From Alphaproteobacteria bacterium (lineage in GTDB: Bacteria > Pseudomonadota > Alphaproteobacteria > Rs-D84): DNA of 64,000 nucleotides. Below are positions 39,734 to 48,951 of this stretch, in pieces. Where the stretch lies: assembly GCA_033345195.1 (NCBI GenBank), contig JAWPOE010000001.1, forward strand, positions 8,192-72,191, in the 5' to 3' direction. Both the position numbers and the translations under genes were made by a program. Position 1 is the first letter of the stretch. Each line of letters begins with the position of its first letter. The notes under the pieces are model-generated. The model was not told the DNA's origin, searched no databases, and worked only from the letters and a program-made list of their open reading frames with translations.

Positions 39734-40741
39734 CTATAAGTCTTCTGCAAAAATTTCATCCAACAAATCGTTTAAATTGTTACGAAAATCTTCTTTATCT
39801 GACGCCCAAACAACCCGACGCATCAAGAATTTATACACATCATCCATTGTTAAATTAGGAATCCCCGCATTCTTTGCAACACGTTTCCATGCAGTTCTTG
39901 GATCAATTAAATGCACACCACCACGCCCTGGGAAAACCCATTGACCATCTTGTGGTAAATCCTGTAATAAAACAATTGCACGATCTGACAATGGACGCGA
40001 CAACCACATATCATGATTAAAATCTAAATCTTCCCACGCCATTGAAAATATTTTTGATCGCGGTGCAAATCCATAAATCAACATAAAGAACGCCGAACGC
40101 AAGACAATATCTTCTTCTGCCTCTATCGCGCGCACCAACCGCAACAAACCCGAACGATTCAGCGGACGCACACGACGCACCTGCTCTATCTTTTTCATAC
40201 CTGCAATTGGATTTGATTTTACATACCCTGTTTCCAGCGCATAGTTAAATATACTCTGCAACAATTCTTGCATACGTGCGGCAATTGCATTCCCAGAAAT
40301 TTTTTCAATCACCGCCAGAACATCATCGAACGATATTTCCGAAATATTTTTATCAAAAATTTCTGACAAATGTCTATTAATCGCGCGCACCAATTTTACA
40401 TGCGAATCTTCACCACGACGAACCTTGTTTTCAAGATATAAATCCAAGAACTTTTTAAACGTAATTTTCTTACGTCTGACCGGCGGTTTACGCATCGCAT
40501 CTTCCAAGATTTCAGGAACCCTGGTACGCGCAAGTTCAATATCCACATCCGGATAGTTTCCAATTAAAATTCTTTTATCTTTGCCATGCACACGCTTGCG
40601 AACAAAAAAAGTTTTCACACCACGACTGGTCACATACATACGCAAACGCGGTTCCGAAATATCCTGCACGACATCAAAACCACGCGCCGGTGCCGGCAAA
40701 TTGTCCAAGATATACGGATTAAAATAAAATTGATGTGCCAT
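39734..40741 (-). CDS. Tyrosine-recombinase-like protein, probably catalytically inactive
   Basis: The N-terminus looks like an integrase arm-binding domain (DUF4102-like: RLRMYVTSRGVKTFFVRKRV), and box I-like APRSKIFSMAWEDLDF is present. Where HxLR is expected the sequence is TMDDVYKFL, and the protein ends before any GH..Y region. Confidence 0.55.
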   Translation of the reverse strand: MAHQFYFNPYILDNLPAPARGFDVVQDISEPRLRMYVTSRGVKTFFVRKRVHGKDKRILIGNYPDVDIELARTRVPEILEDAMRKPPVRRKKITFKKFLDLYLENKVRRGEDSHVKLVRAINRHLSEIFDKNISEISFDDVLAVIEKISGNAIAARMQELLQSIFNYALETGYVKSNPIAGMKKIEQVRRVRPLNRSGLLRLVRAIEAEEDIVLRSAFFMLIYGFAPRSKIFSMAWEDLDFNHDMWLSRPLSDRAIVLLQDLPQDGQWVFPGRGGVHLIDPRTAWKRVAKNAGIPNLTMDDVYKFLMRRVVWASDKEDFRNNLNDLLDEIFAEDL

Positions 40742-40762
40742 GGCAACACCACCTTTGGTTTA

Positions 40763-41128
40763 TTATTTTACATTTTGAAATTTATTGCGCCAGAAATCAG
40801 CCACCGCCTGACTTTTCTTCTTATATTGGGTATAGAAATGCCAATAACTATCATGCTCTTCTTTCAACGGACAAATCGGCGAACATTTTTTTTCAAAAAA
40901 CTTTTTACAATAATGCGTTCTACTATTTTTCTTAAACAGCCACACAATATTATAATCTGTACGTTTACAAAAATCACCCTGACGTGTAACCGTATTGACA
41001 GTTCTATTTTCCCAGTACATCAGCCCGCTTTTATACATATTACGTTGTTTACGCAACATATTATATTCACACCAATCTGTATACATTTGCATCAACGATG
41101 TTTTTTTCACATATTCAACCCAATTCAT
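40763..41128 (-). CDS. Hypothetical W/Y/K-rich protein
   Basis: The track start is TTG; the ATG at 41128 has an AAAGGA RBS. No family recognised. Confidence 0.4.
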   Translation of the reverse strand: MNWVEYVKKTSLMQMYTDWCEYNMLRKQRNMYKSGLMYWENRTVNTVTRQGDFCKRTDYNIVWLFKKNSRTHYCKKFFEKKCSPICPLKEEHDSYWHFYTQYKKKSQAVADFWRNKFQNVK

Positions 41129-41139
41129 TTCCAATCCTT

Positions 41140-42933
41140 TTATGATACTTTTAAGGCATTAATAAACGCAGACTGTGGTATTTCTACATTTCCAAAAGAC
41201 CGCATGCGTTTTTTACCTTCTTTTTGTTTTTCCAACAACTTGCGCTTACGCGTAATATCCCCGCCATAGCATTTTGCCGTCACATCCTTGCGATATGCAG
41301 CGATTGTTTCACGTGCAATAATTTTTCCACCGATTGCCGCCTGCAATGGTATTTTAAATTGATGACGTGGAATCAAGTCTTTTAACTTTTCCACAATCTG
41401 ACGCCCACGCTTTTCTGCAAAAGACCGATGACACATAAATGATAACGGTTCGACATTTTCTTCATTAACCAGAATATTAACCTTTACCAAATCAGACGCT
41501 TGATATCCATAGACCACATAATCAAACGACGCATAACCTGATGATATAGATTTCACCCGATCATAGAAATCGAACACAATTTCTGCCAACGGCAATTGAT
41601 AAACCAAGACCGCACGATTTCCAACATACGAAATATTTTCCTGAACCCCGCGCCGTTCTGCGCACAGCGACATAATTCCACCCATATATTTATCAGGCAT
41701 CATAATTGTTGCACGCACCCACGGTTCTTCGATTGATGCGATTCGCGTTGGCTCTGGCATATCAGCTGGATTTTCCAAATCAATCACCGACCCATCACGC
41801 ATATGAATTTTATACAGCACACTTGGCACCGTATTAATCAGATTCAAATTAAATTCGCGTGCCAAACGTTCACTGATGATTTCCATATGCAGCAAACCCA
41901 AAAATCCACAACGCAAACCAAAACCCAACGCCGAAGATTTTTCCACCGTAAACATAAAAGACGCATCATTTAACGCCAACTTTTCCGCACTTTCACGGAA
42001 CGTCGGATAATCATCTGCCTCTACCGGAAAGAAAGACGAAAACACCACCGGCACAGACGGCTTAAAGCCCGGCAACATTTTTGCATTTTCTGCCCGCGCA
42101 TCAATAATTGTATCACCAACCTTACAGTCATGAATTGTCTTCATACCTGTAATAATAAATCCAATTTCCCCAGTATGCAGTTTATCGACATTAACCATCT
42201 TTGGCGTAAAGTACCCAATTTTATCGACGACATATTCTGCCCCGGTTGCCATAAATTTAATTTTCTGCCCGCGATTCAACGTGCCATCAACAACACGCAC
42301 CAAAATCACAACCCCCAGATACGAATCATACCAAGAATCCACCAACAACGCGCGCGTCGACGCATTTTCATCACCATGTGGCGCGGGCAGCTTATTTACA
42401 ATTTCTTCCAATAATTCCGGCACCCCATCGCCAGTTTTGCCAGATACAGCCAACGCATCATTTGCGTCCAATCCGATAACATCTGCAATTTGTTCACGCG
42501 TCCCATCAACATCACTGGACGGCAGGTCAATTTTATTCAGCACCGGCAGCATTTCCAAATCATTATCCAATGCCAGATATGCATTTGCCAGTGTTTGCGC
42601 TTGAACCCCCTGGGTTGCATCCACCAAGACCAACGCCCCTTCGCACGCGGCCAACGACCGCGACACTTCGTATGAAAAGTCCACATGCCCCGGCGTATCC
42701 ATCAGGTTTAATTGATATACTTCGCCATTTTTTGCCTTGTAATTCAGACGCACAGTCTGCGCCTTAATCGTGATACCGCGTTCACGTTCAATATCCATTG
42801 AATCCAGGACCTGGGCCTTCATCTCACGCGATTGCAGGCCGCCTGTAAATTCAATCAGACGGTCAGACAACGTTGATTTCCCATGATCAATATGTGCAAC
42901 GATTGAAAAATTCCGGATATTAGATTGCTTCAT
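41140..42933 (-). CDS. lepA: Elongation factor 4 (LepA)
   Basis: The start was set at [22 protein letters not shown]. Confidence 0.95.
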   Translation of the reverse strand: MKQSNIRNFSIVAHIDHGKSTLSDRLIEFTGGLQSREMKAQVLDSMDIERERGITIKAQTVRLNYKAKNGEVYQLNLMDTPGHVDFSYEVSRSLAACEGALVLVDATQGVQAQTLANAYLALDNDLEMLPVLNKIDLPSSDVDGTREQIADVIGLDANDALAVSGKTGDGVPELLEEIVNKLPAPHGDENASTRALLVDSWYDSYLGVVILVRVVDGTLNRGQKIKFMATGAEYVVDKIGYFTPKMVNVDKLHTGEIGFIITGMKTIHDCKVGDTIIDARAENAKMLPGFKPSVPVVFSSFFPVEADDYPTFRESAEKLALNDASFMFTVEKSSALGFGLRCGFLGLLHMEIISERLAREFNLNLINTVPSVLYKIHMRDGSVIDLENPADMPEPTRIASIEEPWVRATIMMPDKYMGGIMSLCAERRGVQENISYVGNRAVLVYQLPLAEIVFDFYDRVKSISSGYASFDYVVYGYQASDLVKVNILVNEENVEPLSFMCHRSFAEKRGRQIVEKLKDLIPRHQFKIPLQAAIGGKIIARETIAAYRKDVTAKCYGGDITRKRKLLEKQKEGKKRMRSFGNVEIPQSAFINALKVS

Positions 42934-43003
42934 AAAAATACACCTATACTTATGCGACAAAACATATACTAGTATACTATTGCCGCAATCGCAAGGTGAA
43001 ATT

Positions 43004-43411
43004 TTACAAACTTTTTGTCATTTTATTGCTCATCCCTAAACGGACATAGCCTTGTTTTTCATAGAACCTTATTGCACGGGCCGTATTTCGCGACATCAGT
43101 GAAAAATTCTTTACATCCTGCGCCTTGGCATAATTCTCGTACGTACGCAACAGTGCGGTCCCCACACCCGTTCCCTGTGCCTTGGCATCTATATAAAGAT
43201 TATCGACATGTGCGATATGTCCATCAATATGCCCTGTGACAAATCCATCTATACATCCCGCATTTTCATGAACGAACATGACACTGCGCCCTGAATTTAC
43301 TTTATCTTTAATTGAATAATAAAAGTTATACGCATTACCCATAAAATAGCTGACGATATAATAACAGTCCAACAACATTTTATCTGACAAATTATACACC
43401 TGACGTATCAT
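43004..43411 (-). CDS. GNAT family N-acetyltransferase
   Basis: Acetyl-CoA motif [10 protein letters not shown] and ..RFYEKQGY. Confidence 0.75.
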   Translation of the reverse strand: MIRQVYNLSDKMLLDCYYIVSYFMGNAYNFYYSIKDKVNSGRSVMFVHENAGCIDGFVTGHIDGHIAHVDNLYIDAKAQGTGVGTALLRTYENYAKAQDVKNFSLMSRNTARAIRFYEKQGYVRLGMSNKMTKSL

Positions 43412-43771
43412 TTATTCACCCAATTCCAGATTATTTAACAATTCATCGATACGTTCTGCCTTGTCCAGCGTATCATCATACGCGAACTTAATATCAGGCA
43501 CATATTTTTGATTCATACGCGCGGCCAACTCAAATCGCACAGAACGCGTAATTTTATCTAACTTTGCCTGAACGGCCGCCACATCTGGATTTCGCGTATA
43601 GTAAAACAAGCGCACAAATTGCAGCCCCCCGTGTGCGATACTGCCGACCAGCGACACCCCCGAAACAATCGGGTCATCACCATAAACATCGCGCAGAATT
43701 TCTGCAACCAAAGTCTGCACCTTGGCGGCGATACGTTCACCACGATTTGAATTAAATTGTCTTTTTGCCAT
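43412..43771 (-). CDS. rbfA: Ribosome-binding factor A
   Basis: RGERIAAKVQTLVAEILR.. is RbfA-like; 119 aa. Confidence 0.85.
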   Translation of the reverse strand: MAKRQFNSNRGERIAAKVQTLVAEILRDVYGDDPIVSGVSLVGSIAHGGLQFVRLFYYTRNPDVAAVQAKLDKITRSVRFELAARMNQKYVPDIKFAYDDTLDKAERIDELLNNLELGE

Positions 43772-43860
43772 TTTTTGCGCCCATATTTGCGATTATACAA
43801 TTGTAAATTAGTAAAAATTTCGCTATAATCAAGAAAAATTTGACAAAAAAGGGCGTGGGA

Positions 43861-44436
43861 ATGAAATTTTCTGAATTTATCTTAAAAAAATCTGAATCAC
43901 CTGCATATTCATGGCTGGTATTTTTCCTGACCATTTGCGAATCGATATTTTTATTCATTCCACCCGAAGTATTCATGACCCCACCAATTATTGCGAACAA
44001 AAAACGCGCCCTGCCGATAACGATTGCTGCGGCACTTGGTTCATTGGTTGGCGGTGCAATTGCATATTTGATTGGCATGTGGTTGTATGATTCTGTTGGT
44101 GTCTGGCTGATAGAGACATTTTCGAACCCTGAATTAATTGAATCGACAATAAAACCGATGTTCGGCAAATACGGCATATTGATTATTGTTCTGACGGCGG
44201 TGACACCGATACCGTATAAGTTACTGGCGATATGGTTGGGCTTTATTGGCTATCCAATGATATTATTTTTGGCTGTATCTGCGATATTCCGCACGGGTCG
44301 CTTTGCGATAATCGCGACACTGCTGTATTTTTTCCAAGAACGCGCGAATGCGATTGTACAGAAATACTTTTGGCCCCTGACGATTGGGGCAATCATCGCC
44401 GCTGTTTTGGGAATTGGATTAATCAGTTTGTTCTAA
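43861..44436 (+). CDS. YqaA/DedA-related inner-membrane protein
   Basis: The track start is TTG. The ATG at 43861 lies downstream of TATAAT (43824-43829). Multi-TM protein with a FIPPEV..LGSLVGGAIAYLIG motif. Confidence 0.65.
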   Translation: MKFSEFILKKSESPAYSWLVFFLTICESIFLFIPPEVFMTPPIIANKKRALPITIAAALGSLVGGAIAYLIGMWLYDSVGVWLIETFSNPELIESTIKPMFGKYGILIIVLTAVTPIPYKLLAIWLGFIGYPMILFLAVSAIFRTGRFAIIATLLYFFQERANAIVQKYFWPLTIGAIIAAVLGIGLISLF

Positions 44437-44700
44437 ACAACTTTTTTGATAAAAAAAGTTGTCACCCCAACGCTTGACCACGGAACCCAGGTCATGCATT
44501 CCTTTCTTTAAACAAAAACCTGAAAGGTTTTGTCATTCCTGCGTAGGCAGGAATAGGGTCTTTTAACCGCGCATAACATGCGCCAAATTAAAACTTAAAA
44601 AATTGTCACCCCAAAGCTTGACCACGGAACCCAGGTGTATATTCCCCTTCGTCTGGCGAAGGGGTGGCATGCGAATGCGTGACGGGGTAGTGGTTTATTT

Positions 44701-44777
44701 GGTTCGCGTTGCTTGCACTGTATGGCCCCACTCCTGCCGCCGCAGGAGTGACTACGCAGTGCCGCAAAGCGACAAGG
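44701..44777. repeat. 77-nt repeat unit, copy 1
   Basis: Essentially identical to 45063-45139; contains the hairpin actcctgcc-gc-cgcaggagt. Confidence 0.9.
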
Positions 44778-44953
44778 TTTTTAAGTTCCCAGGGGTTAAA
44801 AGTTCCCCTCCTGTGGAGGGGTGGTGCATAGCACCGGGGAGGGTTAAAGTCCCTCACCCTTTTTTTTACACACTTGTCATTGCGAGCCAAGCGACCGCGC
44901 AGGCGTGGCAATCCAGTCTGATGTATTCCTTTCTTTAAACAAAACCCAAGAGG

Positions 44954-45139
44954 TTTTGTCATTCCTGCTTCGGGTCCCGCAAAAATTGAAAAATTTTTGT
45001 GGGTGATACCAGGCAGGAATAGGGTCTATAAAATTTACATTTATCGCTACCCTGTATTTTCTGGTTCGCGTTGCTTGCACTGTATGGCCCCACTCCTGCC
45101 GCCGCAGGAGTGACTACGCAGTGCCGCAAAGCGACAAGG
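44954..45139. repeat. Composite repeat (matches 10594..10756 and 44701..44777)
   Basis: Direct comparison of the sequences. Confidence 0.9.
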
Positions 45140-45213
45140 GGATTTTTTAAGTTCCCAGAAAATAATAATTCCCCTCCATTGGAGGGGTGGTGCAAAGCAC
45201 CGGGGGGGGTAAT

Positions 45214-45238
45214 TAAAAATCCCCCAAACGGGGGGGGG
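45214..45238 (-). terminator. Intrinsic terminator closing the fibre-gene array
   Basis: On the minus strand, ccccc(cccc)-gttt-ggggg followed by attttta, immediately after the stop at 45240. Confidence 0.6.
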
Positions 45239-45239
45239 A

Positions 45240-46577
45240 TTATTCAACCCAAATCGTGGCAGTTCCACTCTTATTAGCACCCGATGGAATAACACCTAAC
45301 ACTGAAACCCCCGGAACAGATGCAGTCGCAGGTATCACATCCAAGGTACCATTATTTACAACCATCGTATCACCAACTGAACGCGCACTCACAACACCAT
45401 TGTCATCAGTTGTCACAACCCCATTAGTAACCACGTCTTGAGTCCATCGAACTTTATCTGCAACACCAGCAACCTCTGATTGCAATGACCTAAGCTGAGA
45501 AGTTGTCGGAACATAGTCTCCATCACTGTTGTTATCAACATCATCATGGACATTAAGCATGTCCACATAAGATTCCGTTGATTTCCTAACCCCACCAATG
45601 GCACCATCAGCCGATTCCAAAAGATTCAACTGAATATCAGTACGTCCAGAAGCCTCTAAACCCGGACCGAGCGTCGCCGGCACAACTTTACCATCTACAT
45701 TCACTGCCATAACTTTTTTTATATTATCCGATCCTTGATTTACATTAACCCTGGTATTCAATGCGGCAATCGTCATATCTGCACGCGGCACCATATTTGC
45801 ATAGTCCCCTAAAGCAGGTCCTGTTGGTATATTAGACATATCCCCACCATAAGTATTTACTTTCAATGCACCATCGTCGTCAAAAACCAACGCACCCGCC
45901 GCAGCCGCTGGGGCTACCTTTACATTCAGCTCAGCATTGATACCATCTTCAGCGGGAACAAGCTCTAAACCCTTATTAACATAGTCTTGACGAACCCACG
46001 GCATAGAACTAGTAGTAGTAAGTTCTTGTATCTGTCCAATCGACGCAACCTCTTTATAACGCTGCTGAATACCACCACCATTTGTAAATGCAGTACCTAA
46101 ACTGTCACCCATATGACTTGTATCCGGCAGCATTGATTGCACCTTACCAACAGACGGATATAACTTATCTTTATTTTCATTTGTAATCGTCGTTGTATCA
46201 GTGGTCTTTAACTTGTTTGCAACGTCTTCCTTATCACTCAATGCGTCTTTGGCTTCGTCTGCACTTTTGGCGGCGGCAATTGCATAGGCACCTGCGGCGG
46301 CGGCATGGTTTTCGGCCTGTTGCGCGGCACCACCGGCAACACCAACCATACGGTTCACATATGTCACCCCAGCAATCCCAGAATCCTTGAATTGCGAAAC
46401 AGCAACCGCAATACCATCTGCTGCAGTTATTGGCCCTAAATTACTTGGATAAATATCAGCACTATGCGACGTCGCGACTGTATCATCCTCAGTTCCGGCT
46501 GGCGTGGTCGCCCATGCAGAACCAACCGCAAACATCGCAATTACAGACACCGATAAAAATAACTTTGCCCTTGACAT
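45240..46577 (-). CDS. Secreted fibre protein paralog G (445 aa)
   Basis: Signal peptide ending GSAWA, an Ala-rich coiled-coil segment, and a C-terminal ..GTATIWVE. Confidence 0.7.
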   Translation of the reverse strand: MSRAKLFLSVSVIAMFAVGSAWATTPAGTEDDTVATSHSADIYPSNLGPITAADGIAVAVSQFKDSGIAGVTYVNRMVGVAGGAAQQAENHAAAAGAYAIAAAKSADEAKDALSDKEDVANKLKTTDTTTITNENKDKLYPSVGKVQSMLPDTSHMGDSLGTAFTNGGGIQQRYKEVASIGQIQELTTTSSMPWVRQDYVNKGLELVPAEDGINAELNVKVAPAAAAGALVFDDDGALKVNTYGGDMSNIPTGPALGDYANMVPRADMTIAALNTRVNVNQGSDNIKKVMAVNVDGKVVPATLGPGLEASGRTDIQLNLLESADGAIGGVRKSTESYVDMLNVHDDVDNNSDGDYVPTTSQLRSLQSEVAGVADKVRWTQDVVTNGVVTTDDNGVVSARSVGDTMVVNNGTLDVIPATASVPGVSVLGVIPSGANKSGTATIWVE

Positions 46578-46732
46578 TTGTTCCCCTTCAATATTTTACT
46601 CTCTCTCGCCCCGAACCCTGGCAAGGCATTACCTAAACCACGTCCCCCCCCTGGTTTAGATAATGCATCTCTATTTCCGCTGGGGCGTGGGGCGACATAC
46701 GCCACCCCACCCCAACAATCATACATTGGTGA

Positions 46733-47656
46733 TTATTCTGCGACCTTTTCCCAAGATATTGCACCACCTTTAGAAACCAATGAACATACAGCATTTGCCA
46801 CATTACAGCCAGCCGCTGTATAAGAATTATCTTTCAAAGCATCCCAATTCATTGCATTATCTGCAGTTGTTTTTACAGCACCCAACTGACTAGCAACAGT
46901 GCTATCCTTTGAAAAACCTGAACCAATTGTTTCTGTAATCGCCGTAGCAGCGTTAGTAATTGCCTCCTGTTCTGCTTGTTCTACTGTGTTTATTGGCGCA
47001 TATGTCGTTGGCAGCGCTGCAACTGTTTGTTTTATACTTGTCAAACCGCTATCAAAATCAGAAATCTTGTCATCAATCTGTTTTCCTGTTTCTTCCTTGG
47101 TATATGCATCTGTGATGCCATAGCCAGCCAATGTTGTCGCATCGTCTGCCTTACCTTCCAATGCAGTCACCAAACCATTAATCTTTGCCTGACTGATAGT
47201 GCCATCTTCAATAAAAGCATCTGTGATTTTTGATTCTGCAATCCTTGTAACAACACCACCCGTTGTCGTCACGCCAGTAACCACTTGACCAGCGGCAGCA
47301 GTTTTTGTAGCTGTCAATTCAGCCAACTCAGTATTCGTCACAACATCTGCTGTTTTCGCATAGTCTTTACCGTCTGACAAATCCGAAACTTTGGCAGCTT
47401 CAATCGCGCCACTAATCTGCTCACCTACATTCGTTGTACCAACCTTGTCTGCAACACCTTTAATCACGGCATCCAAACTTTCCGTAGCAGCTTTCAAATT
47501 CTCAGCACCATTAATATAATTCTTTCCGGTATAAGTAATAGCACCATTTGCGTCTGCACCAGTCTGTTTATCAACATAACCTGTTGATGCGATATCTGCG
47601 TTTGCGGCGGACACTGCCATAATTGCTAAAACTGAAACTGTTAATAATTTTTTCAT
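46733..47656 (-). CDS. Secreted coiled-coil fibre protein paralog F (307 aa)
   Basis: Signal peptide ending SAANA followed by DIASTGYVDKQ. Contains the tail-fibre-like TLAGYGITDAYTKEET and the C-terminal C..C..GGAISWEKV. Confidence 0.7.
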   Translation of the reverse strand: MKKLLTVSVLAIMAVSAANADIASTGYVDKQTGADANGAITYTGKNYINGAENLKAATESLDAVIKGVADKVGTTNVGEQISGAIEAAKVSDLSDGKDYAKTADVVTNTELAELTATKTAAAGQVVTGVTTTGGVVTRIAESKITDAFIEDGTISQAKINGLVTALEGKADDATTLAGYGITDAYTKEETGKQIDDKISDFDSGLTSIKQTVAALPTTYAPINTVEQAEQEAITNAATAITETIGSGFSKDSTVASQLGAVKTTADNAMNWDALKDNSYTAAGCNVANAVCSLVSKGGAISWEKVAE

Positions 47657-47733
47657 CTCTCTTTCCTTTCTTTCTTGGTTTTTATTTTACATTGTGGAAT
47701 GGGCCACCCCACCCCACAATACATTATTTGGTA

Positions 47734-48825
47734 TTAATTGCCCGCTGTTGGTTTAATACCTGTTACTGTACGTTCATCCGTCGCCAACTCTTCGCCTGTT
47801 GCGCGTTCGATAACCTCCCATACATAGCCATCTGTACCATATGTCAATGCACAGTATTTATCCATTGCAGAACATTCTGCTGGAACCTTTGAAATCGCCT
47901 TTAATGCCAATTCTGTAATTTGTCTTTCTGTTTCTGTCTTTGCTGCATCAACTGCATCCGATTCCGCTTGATCTGCATAATTTTGCGCCTGTTTCAAGAT
48001 ACCAGTTTGCTCATTATTAATCGCATCAATCGCGGTTTTATTTGACTTTGACAATGTATCAGCCGCTTTTGCAGTGTCCGCAACATCCGACACTTCGGTC
48101 AGAACGTCATTAGTAATCGTATTACCAACATAGTCAACGATGGCCTTACCAGTCACTGGTAAAGTTTCATTAGCACTTGCAATATCACCAAATACAACAC
48201 CCATCGTTCCATCCGCTGCAACACTAACGCTGGTTCCAGACTTTACGACACCAGTCTTGTCCGCTGTTGCAACATCATCAAACTGAACCGCAGAATCTGC
48301 CAAGGCACCCTGGGCCGCCGTTGCATACGCAGCATTAGAACGTTCTATTTCACCTGCAATTGCCGCTGCAATTTGCTTCTTAACAGATCCGTCTGTATTC
48401 GCATCGCCATCCAATCTATTAACAGTATTTTGCAAAGTTGATACAGAACTATCCGTCGCGATACCGGTCAATCCCAATGTGCTGGTTGCTGCATCCCATG
48501 TCAGCACACCACCTGTAACTGTCAGATTATTTTGTTTCTTTGACAATTCTGTTGTCATCGAATCTTTTGTTGCGAATGTCGCATCTGCCGCTTCCAATGC
48601 TGCAACTTTTGCATCATAGTCAGTCTGAGCAACCTTGAGATCAATTTTACCTTCTAATTCTTCTTTTGCGCCTGCCAATGCACTAGCGGCCGCATTTTTT
48701 GCAGCATTTGCTTCGGCAGCAGCCTTGGCATCAACATAACCCTTTGACGCAACAGCGGCATCTGCACTGTTTGCGGATACGATTCCCAACAAAACTGTTA
48801 AGATTCCTGCGGTTAATTTTTTCAT
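47734..48825 (-). CDS. Secreted coiled-coil fibre protein paralog E (363 aa)
   Basis: Signal peptide followed by AVASKGYVD. C-terminal PAECSAMDKYCALTYGTDGYVWEVI. Confidence 0.7.
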   Translation of the reverse strand: MKKLTAGILTVLLGIVSANSADAAVASKGYVDAKAAAEANAAKNAAASALAGAKEELEGKIDLKVAQTDYDAKVAALEAADATFATKDSMTTELSKKQNNLTVTGGVLTWDAATSTLGLTGIATDSSVSTLQNTVNRLDGDANTDGSVKKQIAAAIAGEIERSNAAYATAAQGALADSAVQFDDVATADKTGVVKSGTSVSVAADGTMGVVFGDIASANETLPVTGKAIVDYVGNTITNDVLTEVSDVADTAKAADTLSKSNKTAIDAINNEQTGILKQAQNYADQAESDAVDAAKTETERQITELALKAISKVPAECSAMDKYCALTYGTDGYVWEVIERATGEELATDERTVTGIKPTAGN

Positions 48826-48886
48826 TTTGCTTTCCTTTCTTTCGTTTATTTATTTGTTTTTTGTTATCTTTTTCTTGGCTTGTTTT

Positions 48887-48895
48887 ATTATACCA
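48887..48895 (-). promoter_or_regulatory. Extended -10 element TGGTATAAT upstream of paralog E
   Basis: Read on the minus strand, about 60 nt upstream of the ATG at 48825. Confidence 0.35.
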
Positions 48896-48905
48896 AAAAT
48901 CATGC

Positions 48906-48940
48906 ATTCGGGTAAAGTGAATAATTCACAAAACCCGAAT
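48906..48940 (-). terminator. Hairpin downstream of paralog D
   Basis: Outer stem attcgggt/acccgaat with inner stem gtgaa/ttcac. The T-run is stronger on the plus side. Confidence 0.4.
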
Positions 48941-48951
48941 TTTTTTATTAA

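Larger units (their letters stand above)
44459..45209. repeat. BIME-like mosaic of stacked palindromic REP/MITE units
   Basis: Duplicated modules: ttgtcaccccaaNgcttgaccacggaacccaggt (44459, 44603); t[gt][ct]attcctttctttaaacaaaa..ggttttgtcattcctgc (44495, 44921); the 77-nt ggttcgcgttgcttgcac.. unit (44701, 45063); ttcccctcc..ggaggggtggtgca.agcaccgggg (44803, 45169). There is also a gtcattgcgagc..ggcaatcc hairpin at 44876. Confidence 0.85.
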
